Of a stretch of DNA of 64,000 nucleotides, positions 34,750-44,700 are shown piece by piece; within the stretch, counting starts at the first letter, position 1, and each line of letters begins with the position of its first letter. The notes beneath the pieces are model-generated. The model worked only from the letters and a program-made list of their open reading frames with translations. It made no database searches and was not told the DNA's origin. Source of the DNA: Bacteroidales bacterium (GTDB lineage: Bacteria; Bacteroidota; Bacteroidia; Bacteroidales; UBA932). Made by a program: the position numbers and the translations under genes. The DNA lies in assembly GCA_017935505.1 (NCBI GenBank), contig JAGBHM010000027.1, positions 537 through 64,536 of the forward strand, given 5' to 3'.

Positions 34750-35985
34750 TTAATTCTCTGTTAAAGATGCTTTATCTCTTACATAAAAGTCGTTTGAGGA
34801 GTTGTTGGTATCTTGGTATACAATTCTGCCTCCTGCAGCAGCTGTAGCTTCCTCATCAATTTTTCTATGTACACTATATCCTTGGCCATTACCAGGTGTT
34901 CTTATGAATCCATTATCAATCTCAGGAATGAATCTCTTTGTATCGTTGTTGTTTCTGAAACACTCAACGCCATCTACAACATTATCTTTCTCCACAAACA
35001 GACAAGCTGAAAGAGCCTGGCTAGGATTTTTTGGATTTGGAGTATAAGTCTGGGCGATAAACTCCTCAATGTCTCTTCCACCTGTTGTATAGATGAATAG
35101 TGCAGGGCTGAGATTCGAAATAACATATGATTTAGACGGGCCTGTTTTCCAGAACCCTTTCAGAGGTATCACACCAGCTTCTGGAGTAGAGTGCTGTGGA
35201 GTGAGGACTGGATCGTAAAAAGTAAAGTAGCCCTGTTTGCCGAGGTTTACAGAGTTTGCTGTAATTTTGGTATGATCTATGGCATTGAGAGATATTACAG
35301 CATCTTCACCAGGTTGCAGAGGAAGATCCTTTCCAGTACCGTCGAACATCCATCCCATACCTGAATTAGGAGCACCAGGCATCAAATTACCATTCACGTC
35401 TGTAAATTCAGGGATTTTACCGGTAGTAGGAGCATTCCATGGATATGCAACACCAATACAGAGAGAGTCCAGATAAGCAACCTCTTCTGAATTGTTATAC
35501 AATATTACATATACATCTTTAGCATAGTTTTTTCCGGTGCTTATATTCTGACAACCACCGTAATAGAACTCTTTGATGATGATTTGGGAACTTTTTGAAT
35601 ATTTCAGGTCAATTGATACATTTGCGGTATTCTCCTCTGGAGTAAGTCTAAGACCCGATTGCATTCCGTTAAAAATACTTATAGTCTTATTCTCGGTATA
35701 TTTTGACTCTGAAGAGATACTATAGGTTCCAAATGCAACACGTGCCTCTGCATAACCGTTGGCATCCGCAATTACAGTGTATTCCAAGCCGGAAGTGTTG
35801 TCAAGAAGGAGAATTTTCATTCCCTCTGTAGAGAACTGCTCATAACCTTGAGGCATTTTGAGCTGAATTTTCACAAGGCCGCTTATAGCCTCATCTTTAA
35901 AATCATCTTTGCGCAACTCCTGTATGCATGAGCTGAACAGTATGAGAGATGCGATTGCTGTATATAATAAATTCTTGATTTTCAT
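34750..35985 (-). CDS. Surface/periplasmic lipoprotein of unknown function
   Basis: Lipobox LILFSSC. One-nt gap to the next gene. No catalytic motif recognised. Confidence 0.6.
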   Translation of the reverse strand: MKIKNLLYTAIASLILFSSCIQELRKDDFKDEAISGLVKIQLKMPQGYEQFSTEGMKILLLDNTSGLEYTVIADANGYAEARVAFGTYSISSESKYTENKTISIFNGMQSGLRLTPEENTANVSIDLKYSKSSQIIIKEFYYGGCQNISTGKNYAKDVYVILYNNSEEVAYLDSLCIGVAYPWNAPTTGKIPEFTDVNGNLMPGAPNSGMGWMFDGTGKDLPLQPGEDAVISLNAIDHTKITANSVNLGKQGYFTFYDPVLTPQHSTPEAGVIPLKGFWKTGPSKSYVISNLSPALFIYTTGGRDIEEFIAQTYTPNPKNPSQALSACLFVEKDNVVDGVECFRNNNDTKRFIPEIDNGFIRTPGNGQGYSVHRKIDEEATAAAGGRIVYQDTNNSSNDFYVRDKASLTEN

Positions 35986-35995
35986 AATAATTCAA

Positions 35996-38842
35996 TTATA
36001 GAGTTATTCTAAGCTCTGCACCAAAGTATATGCTGGTGTTTTTTCTGTCGCCCAACATATTAGGTCTTGCATTATTCTTCATTATAGGCCTTGAGTTGGT
36101 GAAGTTGTTTGCATAGAAAGATATTTTTGCAAAATCTCCAATCTCTTTTGTAACCCTGATATTTGCCATTACATAAGGATTGTATGAGTTCTTGAGGAAA
36201 TTGTATGAGAAGCTAGATGTCTCTCTCATCATTCCAAGTCTGAATTTCAAATCCTCATCAGCAGTTGTATAGTAGTCACTGAATGGGTGGATATTACCAT
36301 CTCTATCCATATATGCTACAGGATCTCTGTATAGAACTCTGTCGGTACCATGTTCTGCATAGTTGCCAAATATCTTGTTGCCGTTGTCATCAAGTTCATA
36401 CACATCGTTCTCCTTGAACAAGCTCCAGGTTCTGTCCATCCAGATAAACTGGGTTGTGAATGAAACTACCATTCTCAACTTAGGTATATTGGTAACAAGA
36501 TTTAAAGATGTTGTCAGACGGTCGCGGTTCTGGCCGTTGCTAACGTTGGCTGTTCCTTCAAAAATTGAGATATATGGGAAACGGTCCTTCGAGTTTAGAG
36601 GGTCCTGGCCACCTATATAATCATATAGCAATCCACCGGTGCTGTTAGTGGTCTTCAGGTAACTACCATTTACAATGATAGATGTATTCAGTGATTTTAT
36701 TCTTCCAAAATCAACATCATACTCAATTCCCCATTTATCCTGTTTGCCACGATTGTCTGGTGTATCGCTGCCAAGGTACTCATTTACTAAAGTAGACGGA
36801 GCCTCAACATAGTTTCCGCTATCATCCTTAATCATGATCATGCCATTCTCATATTTAGGAGCGGCAGTCATAGAGGTAACAGCATTGTAATATTTGGTTG
36901 GTTGCAATGTGTACTCCATATTTTGAGAGATGGCTCTGGTGAGTTTCTCATTGAAGTATGTAATGTCAAATTTAACATCACCTATAGTCATGTTGAAACC
37001 TATCTCCATATTGCGGGTTTTTGCAAGACCGATATTGTAATCCAGCAGCTCATCTTCTATAACTGTTTGAATCAGAGAGAGCAACTCATTTGTTGAAATG
37101 TTCTTGTATTGGAACAGGGTGCGGTCGATATAGACATCGCCACCATAAAGCAGATTTAGTGAAGGGAGTTTTTCAAGAATACCCCAACCACCATGAATGG
37201 CAAAAGTGCTTACTCCGGTTCTCTTGTTATTCTTTATAATGTTGTAGCGTGCGTTAAAACGTGGATCCAATGTTGGTTTGTAATCATAATTTTTGATTGC
37301 CAATTTTGTAAAGCGCGCTCCAAGATCCAATTCCAAAGAGGTTGATGCTATGGGAATGGTTACCTCCTCCTGCAAGAATGCAGCAAAGGTATTCATGAAT
37401 GGGATATCGCTGTAGTGGCGCTCCCTGAAGAATGCAGGTTGCTCTCCTATATAATAGGTACCCTTACCATTGTTGCCTTTTGAGTTGAATTCAACACCCA
37501 GAACTGTGCTGAACAAAGAGCCTTTTATCTTTTTGTTCAGGTTTGCAGATATTTTTGCATTCAGATATATAGGCTCGTCATTTATGCGTTCATCTACATA
37601 AGCCTGGCCCGAAGTGAACTGTCCGAGTGCAATACCCGGAGTCATTGTACTTGTGGTAGGGATGATGTTGTTTGCAACAAGAGAGTAATTTCTGATATTG
37701 TCTATACTGTATCTTCCCGACAAATTATAGCTTAAAGCGGAGATCCATTTTTTGTTGATCATCCATTTACCATAGATTGAGAGGCCGATTTCGTTATTGC
37801 GTGTGGTAGAGAAATCCTCTTTTCCGGCATCAGGATCAGACTCGGCAGTATTGAACATGAAGTTACCTGTAAGTCTGGCGTTGAAACGGAATGGTTTGCG
37901 GTCGTTATTGAATGTGTTTGAGTATGTCAAACCAAAATTCAGACGGTCGAATGTATTTACAGGAGATCTTCTGTCTGTTGCTGCATTAGCATAATCGGCA
38001 TCAACATTGAGATAACCGTTATCTTTGCCTAATGAGAATCCTTTGTTTGCAGAGAATGCCTTTGTGCTTGGATCTACTTTAAAACTTATTTCAAAAGGAG
38101 TCCGTCCAGCTTTTGTATTTACAAGTACCGCACCGGCAGTGATATCTCCATACTCTGCAGATGCAACACCTTTAATAACCTCTACCGACTCAATATTATC
38201 TGTAGAGTACTGTCTGTAGTCGATTGTAGGAAGTGTATTCATTACACTACCGGTGCCATTGTACATGCTGGCATCGTTGCTTATCTGTGAGCCATTGATC
38301 AGGAATCCGGTTCCGCGGTAGTTGTTCACATCGCTAAATCCACGGATTGAGATATTGTTCTTTTGTGTAATGGATGGGTTGGTTGTAACGCCTCCTGGAA
38401 GAAGCTGCATGATGTCAGCTACACTTGATGCCTGTAGGTGGGAGATGGCTGCCTTTCCTATTTTATTGGAAGAGTTGATGCTCTCTCCGGCTTGCGCTGT
38501 TACTACAACTTCGCTTAATTTGAGGTTGTCCTCCATCATCAGTATCTTGAATTTCGGAACTTTTTTGGATACAGTGATTGGAACTTCATAATCTACGTAA
38601 CCCAAAGCAAAAGCCTGTAGAGTGTATTTGCCTTCGATTACTCCATTGATTTTAAATTCACCTTCGTCATTGGTGAAAGCCCATTGTCCTAATTCCTTTA
38701 TTACTATTTGTGCATAAGGAATCGGTTCTCCAGTCTCTTTGAGAACAACAGTTCCCTCAATACTGTAGATGTTGCTGTCTTGTGCGAATACAGAGAATAT
38801 GCACGCAAAAAACAGCATTAGTGTTGAACAGAATTTCTTCAT
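35996..38842 (-). CDS. TonB-dependent receptor with a CarboxypepD_reg-like N-terminus (no SusD partner)
   Basis: IEGTVVLKETGEPIPYAQIVI and GKYTLQAFALGYVD, plug motif IESVEVIKGVASAEYGDITAGAVLVNTK, 948 aa. Confidence 0.85.
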   Translation of the reverse strand: MKKFCSTLMLFFACIFSVFAQDSNIYSIEGTVVLKETGEPIPYAQIVIKELGQWAFTNDEGEFKINGVIEGKYTLQAFALGYVDYEVPITVSKKVPKFKILMMEDNLKLSEVVVTAQAGESINSSNKIGKAAISHLQASSVADIMQLLPGGVTTNPSITQKNNISIRGFSDVNNYRGTGFLINGSQISNDASMYNGTGSVMNTLPTIDYRQYSTDNIESVEVIKGVASAEYGDITAGAVLVNTKAGRTPFEISFKVDPSTKAFSANKGFSLGKDNGYLNVDADYANAATDRRSPVNTFDRLNFGLTYSNTFNNDRKPFRFNARLTGNFMFNTAESDPDAGKEDFSTTRNNEIGLSIYGKWMINKKWISALSYNLSGRYSIDNIRNYSLVANNIIPTTSTMTPGIALGQFTSGQAYVDERINDEPIYLNAKISANLNKKIKGSLFSTVLGVEFNSKGNNGKGTYYIGEQPAFFRERHYSDIPFMNTFAAFLQEEVTIPIASTSLELDLGARFTKLAIKNYDYKPTLDPRFNARYNIIKNNKRTGVSTFAIHGGWGILEKLPSLNLLYGGDVYIDRTLFQYKNISTNELLSLIQTVIEDELLDYNIGLAKTRNMEIGFNMTIGDVKFDITYFNEKLTRAISQNMEYTLQPTKYYNAVTSMTAAPKYENGMIMIKDDSGNYVEAPSTLVNEYLGSDTPDNRGKQDKWGIEYDVDFGRIKSLNTSIIVNGSYLKTTNSTGGLLYDYIGGQDPLNSKDRFPYISIFEGTANVSNGQNRDRLTTSLNLVTNIPKLRMVVSFTTQFIWMDRTWSLFKENDVYELDDNGNKIFGNYAEHGTDRVLYRDPVAYMDRDGNIHPFSDYYTTADEDLKFRLGMMRETSSFSYNFLKNSYNPYVMANIRVTKEIGDFAKISFYANNFTNSRPIMKNNARPNMLGDRKNTSIYFGAELRITL

Positions 38843-38902
38843 AGACTGTCAGTTTTTGTTATTAGATTTAAGTGTCTTTTTAGGGTTGGTTTTAAGTTGC
38901 AA

Positions 38903-38910
38903 CAAATATA
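38903..38910 (-). promoter_or_regulatory. Candidate -7 box TAtaTTTG for the 6-gene operon
   Basis: The reverse complement of CAAATATA is TATATTTG, about 60 nt upstream of the ATG at 38842. A TTTG lies 16 nt upstream of the box. Confidence 0.4.
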
Positions 38911-39102
38911 AACGGACAAGCTATGCCAAAAATTGCCACGATAAACCACTAGAAATCTTTATAATTTCATTCCGGAGTATTGCATTCCATTTCGTGCCAT
39001 TTTGATTCATTTGCCCCATTGTGGGTATTGTAATACTATATTCGACTTGCTTTTTTGTGGAAGAATAGATAGTTTTGGACTTGAATTGAAAAACAACAGG
39101 TG

Positions 39103-40563
39103 ATGGACGAACTGAAGATTATAGAAAATCTCAAAAAGGACATAAAACTTAAAATAGGACGTTCTCTGGATGCTCCTGCTGATTTTGATTTTCTCTCCAT
39201 GCAGATAAAGATGGAACTGCATGAGTATATCAGCCCCACAACGCTCAAGCGCTTCTTTAACTATATAACCAGTGATGTGAAACCGAGGGTTTCAACTATG
39301 TCTCTGCTCGCAAGGTTTGTTGGCGCTGCCGGATGGCAGGATTACTGCAATGAATTCTACGACTCCCAACTCGGGTCCAAACAGGGCGAGGAGGTGGATG
39401 AGAAGGAATCTGTCGGGGCAAAAAATGAAATGGCAAAGGGAAGCGCTCCTTCTGAAGAGTTGGGTGGCTTTACCGATATAAAGGAGTTCCATACATCGGC
39501 TGATGGATACAGTGCAATTTATAAAGCCAAAAGACATGGCAGATGGCATGCCCTCAAAACACTGAGAAAGGAATTCAAAGGTGACAAGGTTTATATGGAC
39601 CTTCTGTATAATGAATTCAACAATGTTTATTTGAGGACACATCCTAATCTTGTCAGGAGCGTGGGATATGAGATTGTGGGAGATTTGGGCGAGTGCATAA
39701 TTATGGAGTATGTTGAGGGGGAGAATATAATAGATTATACAAAGAACAACGGATTGGGCAGTGAGCAGGTTTTATCTCTTGTGAAAGAGCTGGCCGTTGT
39801 AATTGATTTTATACATGAGAACGGATTGGTCCATAATAATATCAAGTCTGAGAATGTCCTTATCACTTATGATGGCGGATATGTCAAATTGATGGATTTT
39901 GCCAAGAGTTCCGCCAATTTCTATGTAAAATATAAAGAGTATCCCGATTTGGGAGCTTTTGTTGAACTTGTCAAGGAGATCAGTTCCATTTTGCCTGCGG
40001 GTTTGCCAAGACTCAAGCAGATGCTCAGACGCTATGAGGAGGCCAAAAAGGCACAGGAAATCATCAAGGCATCTGAACTTGTTGAGATTTTGAGGGAGAA
40101 GGTCAACTTTTTGCCTCTGATATTCTCTGTGGCAGTTGTCTTTTCCGCCCTTATGGGCTCTATCCTTACATATCAGATTTCAGGCAATAGCGGATATGGC
40201 AAGCATGTATATATCGACAGCGTGCATGTTGACGGCAAGTATGTGAGTGACGTCTCGTCTGCCATTGTGATTTTTGACACCATATCCAAAATTGTTGAGG
40301 ATCATGCTTTGAAGGTGAGCAAGAACCTCTATAAAAGGGTAGATACAATTTCCGACAGGACTGAAAGGTTTGTCGAGTATTCAAAAGCATACAGGTCTCT
40401 TGTGAAGAACAAGGCGGTTTATCCGGTGAAAGTCCTCAATAAGTATCTGCCGAAAGATTGTCCTGAGTACAATCTGTACAAATCTACGCTGGTGCAGATG
40501 ACTGAGGATGTTTATTCAAAATTCTACCATTCCAAAGTGGATTCATTGCGTAATACCAAGTGA
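39103..40563 (+). CDS. Membrane-anchored protein-kinase-fold protein, probably a pseudokinase
   Basis: The kinase-like core has HALKTL (VAIK-like Lys). The catalytic loop is LVHNNIKSENVLI (HRD Asp replaced by Asn), DFG is replaced by DFA, and there is no Gly-rich loop. One TM helix (LPLIFSVAVVFSALMGSIL). Confidence 0.7.
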   Translation: MDELKIIENLKKDIKLKIGRSLDAPADFDFLSMQIKMELHEYISPTTLKRFFNYITSDVKPRVSTMSLLARFVGAAGWQDYCNEFYDSQLGSKQGEEVDEKESVGAKNEMAKGSAPSEELGGFTDIKEFHTSADGYSAIYKAKRHGRWHALKTLRKEFKGDKVYMDLLYNEFNNVYLRTHPNLVRSVGYEIVGDLGECIIMEYVEGENIIDYTKNNGLGSEQVLSLVKELAVVIDFIHENGLVHNNIKSENVLITYDGGYVKLMDFAKSSANFYVKYKEYPDLGAFVELVKEISSILPAGLPRLKQMLRRYEEAKKAQEIIKASELVEILREKVNFLPLIFSVAVVFSALMGSILTYQISGNSGYGKHVYIDSVHVDGKYVSDVSSAIVIFDTISKIVEDHALKVSKNLYKRVDTISDRTERFVEYSKAYRSLVKNKAVYPVKVLNKYLPKDCPEYNLYKSTLVQMTEDVYSKFYHSKVDSLRNTK

Positions 40564-40568
40564 AATAT

Positions 40569-40599
40569 TTTGGAAATTAAATAATTAGTGCTACCTTTG
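40569..40599 (+). promoter_or_regulatory. Bacteroidetes-type promoter (-33 TTTG / -7 TAccTTTG) in front of rplC
   Basis: TTTG at 40569-40572 and TACCTTTG at 40592-40599, spaced 19 nt apart. Confidence 0.5.
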
Positions 40600-40705
40600 C
40601 AACCCCGCAAAATATGCGAGGAGCTGTAACCAATTGAATTACAATATTTTTGCAGAATTGTTGGCAATGCAGCTATGTTTAATTTTAAAACACTAATTAA
40701 AACCA

Positions 40706-41335
40706 ATGCCTGGATTAATTGGAAAAAAAATCGGAATGACTTCCGTTTTCGATGCAAATGGTAAAAATATACCATGCACCGTTATTGAAGCTGGTCCGTG
40801 TGTTGTTACGCAGATTCGTACAGAAGAAGTTGATGGTTATGCCGCTGTACAGCTTGCCTATGACGAGAAAAAAGAAAAACACACCAGCGCCCCTATGTTG
40901 GGTCACTTTAAAAAGGCAAATACCACACCTAAACGCAAACTTGTTGAGTTTGAGAATGATTTCGACAAAGAGTTGCAGTTAGGCGATCAAATCACCGTTT
41001 CTGATATCTTCACAGAGGATGAGGAGACTTGGGTAGATGTTACCGGTATATCAAAAGGTAAAGGCTTCCAAGGTGTTGTAAAACGTCACGGCTTTGCCGG
41101 TGTAGGCGGACAGACACATGGTCAGCACAACAGACTTCGTGCACCAGGATCACTAGGTGCATCATCTTGGCCTTCAAGAGTATTCAAAGGTATGAGAATG
41201 GCCGGCCGTACAGGTGGCGACAGAGTTAAAATTCTGAACCTTAAAGTTATCAAAGTTATCCCTGAGAACAACCTTATTCTTGTTAAAGGTTCTATCCCAG
41301 GAGCTAAAGGTTCTTATGTAATTGTGGAGGAATAA
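40706..41335 (+). CDS. rplC: 50S ribosomal protein L3
   Basis: [16 protein letters not shown]... is a canonical L3 N-terminus. Confidence 0.95.
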   Translation: MPGLIGKKIGMTSVFDANGKNIPCTVIEAGPCVVTQIRTEEVDGYAAVQLAYDEKKEKHTSAPMLGHFKKANTTPKRKLVEFENDFDKELQLGDQITVSDIFTEDEETWVDVTGISKGKGFQGVVKRHGFAGVGGQTHGQHNRLRAPGSLGASSWPSRVFKGMRMAGRTGGDRVKILNLKVIKVIPENNLILVKGSIPGAKGSYVIVEE

Positions 41336-41341
41336 GCGTCT

Positions 41342-41962
41342 ATGGAATTAGCAGTATTAAAAATTGACGGTACAGAGTCAGGAAAGAGAGTGACTTTGAA
41401 TGAGGCGATTTTTGGCATAGAGCCTAACGATCACGCCATTTACTTAGACGTTAAACAGTACCTAGCAAACCAACGTCAGGGAACTCACAAAACCAAAGAT
41501 CGTTCAGAGGTAGCATACAGCACCAAGAAGATCGTTAGACAAAAAGGTTCAGGCGGTGCACGTCATGGTAGCATCAAATCAAACATTTTTGTTGGTGGTG
41601 GCCGTGCATTTGGTCCAAAACCAAGGGACTACGGTTTCAAATTGAATAAGAAGCTCAAACAATTGGCACGTTTCTCAGCTCTTAGCTACAAGGCTAAAGG
41701 TGAGGCTATCACAATGGTAGAGCCATTTGTAATGGAAGCTCCTAAAACAAAAGAGTTCATTTCTATCCTTAACAACATCAAGTCAAACGATAGAAAAGTT
41801 CTGTTTGTTCTTCCTGAGAATTCAAATAATATTTACTTATCATCACGTAACCTTGAGAACGTTAAAGTAACTACTATCAACGAGATCAACACTTACGATA
41901 TCGTAAATGCTACAAAACTTGTTCTTGTTGACGGTGTTCAGGACGCTATCAGAGTTCGTTAA
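41342..41962 (+). CDS. rplD: 50S ribosomal protein L4
   Basis: Position in the operon and the sequence [12 protein letters not shown]. Confidence 0.95.
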   Translation: MELAVLKIDGTESGKRVTLNEAIFGIEPNDHAIYLDVKQYLANQRQGTHKTKDRSEVAYSTKKIVRQKGSGGARHGSIKSNIFVGGGRAFGPKPRDYGFKLNKKLKQLARFSALSYKAKGEAITMVEPFVMEAPKTKEFISILNNIKSNDRKVLFVLPENSNNIYLSSRNLENVKVTTINEINTYDIVNATKLVLVDGVQDAIRVR

Positions 41963-41977
41963 TAAAACCGAATAACG

Positions 41978-42268
41978 ATGGGAATTTTAATTAAGCCTCT
42001 AGTAACTGAGAAGATGACGATTCTGGGCGAGAAATTGAATCGTTACGGTTTCGTAGTTGACCGCAGCGCAAACAAGATTGAGATTAAAGCTGCAGTTGAG
42101 CAAATGTATGGTGTTACTGTAAAAGATGTAAATACAGTAAACTACCACGGAAAGAAGAAAAGCCGCTATACTAAAGCGGGTTTATTGTCAGGCCGCGCAA
42201 ATCACTATAAGAAGGCATTTGTAACTTTGGCCGGTGAAGATAAGATTGATTTCTACAGCAACATTTAA
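41978..42268 (+). CDS. rplW: 50S ribosomal protein L23
   Basis: Position, 96 aa, and IKPLVTEK. Confidence 0.95.
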   Translation: MGILIKPLVTEKMTILGEKLNRYGFVVDRSANKIEIKAAVEQMYGVTVKDVNTVNYHGKKKSRYTKAGLLSGRANHYKKAFVTLAGEDKIDFYSNI

Positions 42269-42271
42269 GAG

Positions 42272-43096
42272 ATGGCAGTACGTAAATTTAAACCGGTTAC
42301 ACCCGGTCAAAGAAATAAAGTAATCAGCGCGTTTGACGAAATCACATGCACAACTCCGGAGAAATCATTGTTGAAACCTCTTCGCAAGACAGGTGGTCGT
42401 AACAACTCTGGAAAAATGACTATGCGCTATATTGGTGGCGGACACAAAAAAATGTATCGTGTTATCGATTTCTTGAGAAATAAAGATAACTACACCGCTA
42501 CTGTTAAGACTATTGAGTATGATCCAAACCGCAGTGCAAGAATTGCATTGGTGGTTTACGGAGATGGCGAGAAACGCTATATCATTGCCCCTAAAGGCAT
42601 TAAAGTAGGACAAGTAATTGCTTCAGGCTCAGGCGTAGCTCCTGAGGTTGGTAATACTTTACCTCTAGCAGAAATTCCTCTTGGAACAGATGTACACAAC
42701 ATTGAGCTTATCCCTGGTCAGGGTGCAGCTATGGCACGTTCTGCAGGATGCTATGCACAGCTTACTGCAAGAGAGGGTAACCATGCAATCTTGAGATTGC
42801 CTTCTGGCGAGACAAGAATGGTATTGGTTAGCTGTCGTGCTACTGTTGGTGTTGTATCTAACCCAGATCACAACTTAGAGTCTCACGGTAAAGCCGGCCG
42901 CAAACGTTGGTTGGGTCGCAGACCTCGCGTTCGTGGTGTTGTAATGAACCCAGTTGATCACCCTATGGGTGGTGGTGAAGGACGTGCCTCTGGAGGACAT
43001 CCTCGTTCAAGAAAAGGTTTGCCAGCTAAGGGATACAAGACAAGAAACCCTAAGAAGACTACTAAGAAGTTTATTATTGAAAGAAGAAGTAAATAG
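42272..43096 (+). CDS. rplB: 50S ribosomal protein L2
   Basis: [14 protein letters not shown] is a canonical L2 motif. Confidence 0.95.
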   Translation: MAVRKFKPVTPGQRNKVISAFDEITCTTPEKSLLKPLRKTGGRNNSGKMTMRYIGGGHKKMYRVIDFLRNKDNYTATVKTIEYDPNRSARIALVVYGDGEKRYIIAPKGIKVGQVIASGSGVAPEVGNTLPLAEIPLGTDVHNIELIPGQGAAMARSAGCYAQLTAREGNHAILRLPSGETRMVLVSCRATVGVVSNPDHNLESHGKAGRKRWLGRRPRVRGVVMNPVDHPMGGGEGRASGGHPRSRKGLPAKGYKTRNPKKTTKKFIIERRSK

Positions 43097-43117
43097 GAAT
43101 TAAACTGAAGTAGAATT

Positions 43118-43381
43118 ATGAGTCGTTCGATAAAAAAAGGCCCTTATATTGAGGCAAGCCTAGAGAAAAAGATCCTTGCCATGAATGAAACAGGCAAGAA
43201 AGATGTAGTGAAAACCTGGTCAAGAGCCAGTATGATTTCGCCAGACTTTGTTGGTCATACTATAGCTGTTCATAACGGAAACAAGTTTATTCCTGTTTAT
43301 GTTACTGAGAATATGGTAGGTCACAAGCTCGGAGAATTTGCACCGACTAGAACCTTTAAAGGTCACTCGGGTAATCGTTAA
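43118..43381 (+). CDS. rpsS: 30S ribosomal protein S19
   Basis: SRSIKKGPY and [23 protein letters not shown]. Confidence 0.95.
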   Translation: MSRSIKKGPYIEASLEKKILAMNETGKKDVVKTWSRASMISPDFVGHTIAVHNGNKFIPVYVTENMVGHKLGEFAPTRTFKGHSGNR

Positions 43382-43409
43382 TAAATAATGAAATACAGAT
43401 TACAGTAAA

Positions 43410-43832
43410 ATGGGAGCTCGTAAAAAATTAATGGCCGAGAGGCTTAAAGAGATAAAAAAACAGACAGCTATTGCAAAGCTGAATGATGTTCCTACCTCTC
43501 CTCGTAAGATGCGCTTGGTTGCTGACATCATCAGAGGCGTTGAGGTTAATCGCGCTTTGGATATTCTGAAATATTCAAATAAAGAGGCTTCAGTTCGTTT
43601 GGAAAAACTTCTCCGTTCAGCTATCGCTAACTGGGAGGCAAAGAATGAGGCTGACAGAAAAGAGTTGGAAAACGGTAATGTATGCGTTCAGACCATTATG
43701 GTAGGTCAGGGCCGTTCTCTCAAGAGAATCAGAACTGCTCCTCAAGGTCGTGCTGCAAGAATCCGCAAACGTTCTAACCATGTAACTATAATTGTAGGCA
43801 CTAAAGCCGCTAAAAAAGAGGAGGCTAAATAA
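43410..43832 (+). CDS. rplV: 50S ribosomal protein L22
   Basis: [14 protein letters not shown] and position in the operon. Confidence 0.95.
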   Translation: MGARKKLMAERLKEIKKQTAIAKLNDVPTSPRKMRLVADIIRGVEVNRALDILKYSNKEASVRLEKLLRSAIANWEAKNEADRKELENGNVCVQTIMVGQGRSLKRIRTAPQGRAARIRKRSNHVTIIVGTKAAKKEEAK

Positions 43833-44599
43833 TGGGACAGAAAACTAATCCTATAAGCAACAGACTTGGAATCATCCGTGGATGGGATTCTAACTGGTAT
43901 GGCGGAAAAGATTACGCTGCAAAGATTTTGGAAGATACCAAAATCCGTGAGTATCTTAACGCTCGTCTGGCTAAAGCCAGCCTCTCTAAAATAGTTATTG
44001 AGAGAACTTTGAAATTGATCACCGTTACTATTCACACTGCAAGACCTGGTGTTATCATCGGTAAAGGCGGTCAGGAGGTAGACAAACTTAAAGAGGAGTT
44101 GAAGAAGATCTCAAACAAAGAGGTTCAGATCAACATCTTTGAGGTAAAACGTCCTGAGATTGATGCCAATATCATTGCTAACAACATTGCAAGACAGGTT
44201 GAGGGCCGTGTTTCTTACCGTAGAGCAATCAAAATGGCTATCGCTACTACTATGAGAATGGGTGCTGAGGGTATCAAAGTACTTATCAGCGGTCGTCTTG
44301 GTGGTGCTGAGATGGCTCGTGCAGAGCTTTACAAAGAGGGCCGTACTCCTCTTCATACATTCCGTGCAGATATCGACTATGCATTGGCTGAGGCTAATAC
44401 CAAAGTTGGTGTATTGGGTATCAAAGTATGGGTTTGCAATGGCGAGGTTTATGGTAAGAGAGACCTTACTCCTAACGCAGGTGTAAGCGCAAATGCTTCA
44501 GCTGGACAAGGCAGAGGCGGTGAGCGCAGAGGTGGCCGTGGTGACCGCAAAAACGATCGCAGAGGCAACCGTCGCCAGAAATCAAACAGAGAAGAGTAA
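43832..44599 (+). CDS. rpsC: 30S ribosomal protein S3 with a basic C-terminal tail
   Basis: [20 protein letters not shown]. Arg/Gly-rich tail [22 protein letters not shown]. Confidence 0.95.
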   Translation: MGQKTNPISNRLGIIRGWDSNWYGGKDYAAKILEDTKIREYLNARLAKASLSKIVIERTLKLITVTIHTARPGVIIGKGGQEVDKLKEELKKISNKEVQINIFEVKRPEIDANIIANNIARQVEGRVSYRRAIKMAIATTMRMGAEGIKVLISGRLGGAEMARAELYKEGRTPLHTFRADIDYALAEANTKVGVLGIKVWVCNGEVYGKRDLTPNAGVSANASAGQGRGGERRGGRGDRKNDRRGNRRQKSNREE

Positions 44600-44628
44600 T
44601 CCTTGAGGATTTCAGATACTTTGTAAAG

Positions 44629-44656
44629 GAGCAGCTTTAAGGGCTGCTCTTTTTTT
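44629..44656 (+). terminator. Rho-independent terminator directly after rpsC
   Basis: GAGCAGC (44629-44635) pairs with GCTGCTC (44643-44649), followed by T7. Confidence 0.7.
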
Positions 44657-44700
44657 ATATTTTATTATTAAATTTGCATTTGTCATTTAAAATATAACAT

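Noticed and set aside
40600-40705. Imperfect hairpin CCCCGCA-AAATA-TGCGAGG in the rplC leader, considered as a possible L4-type autoregulatory element.
   Set aside because: It is only 7 bp with one mismatch, and I know of no matching motif. That is not enough evidence to report as a feature.
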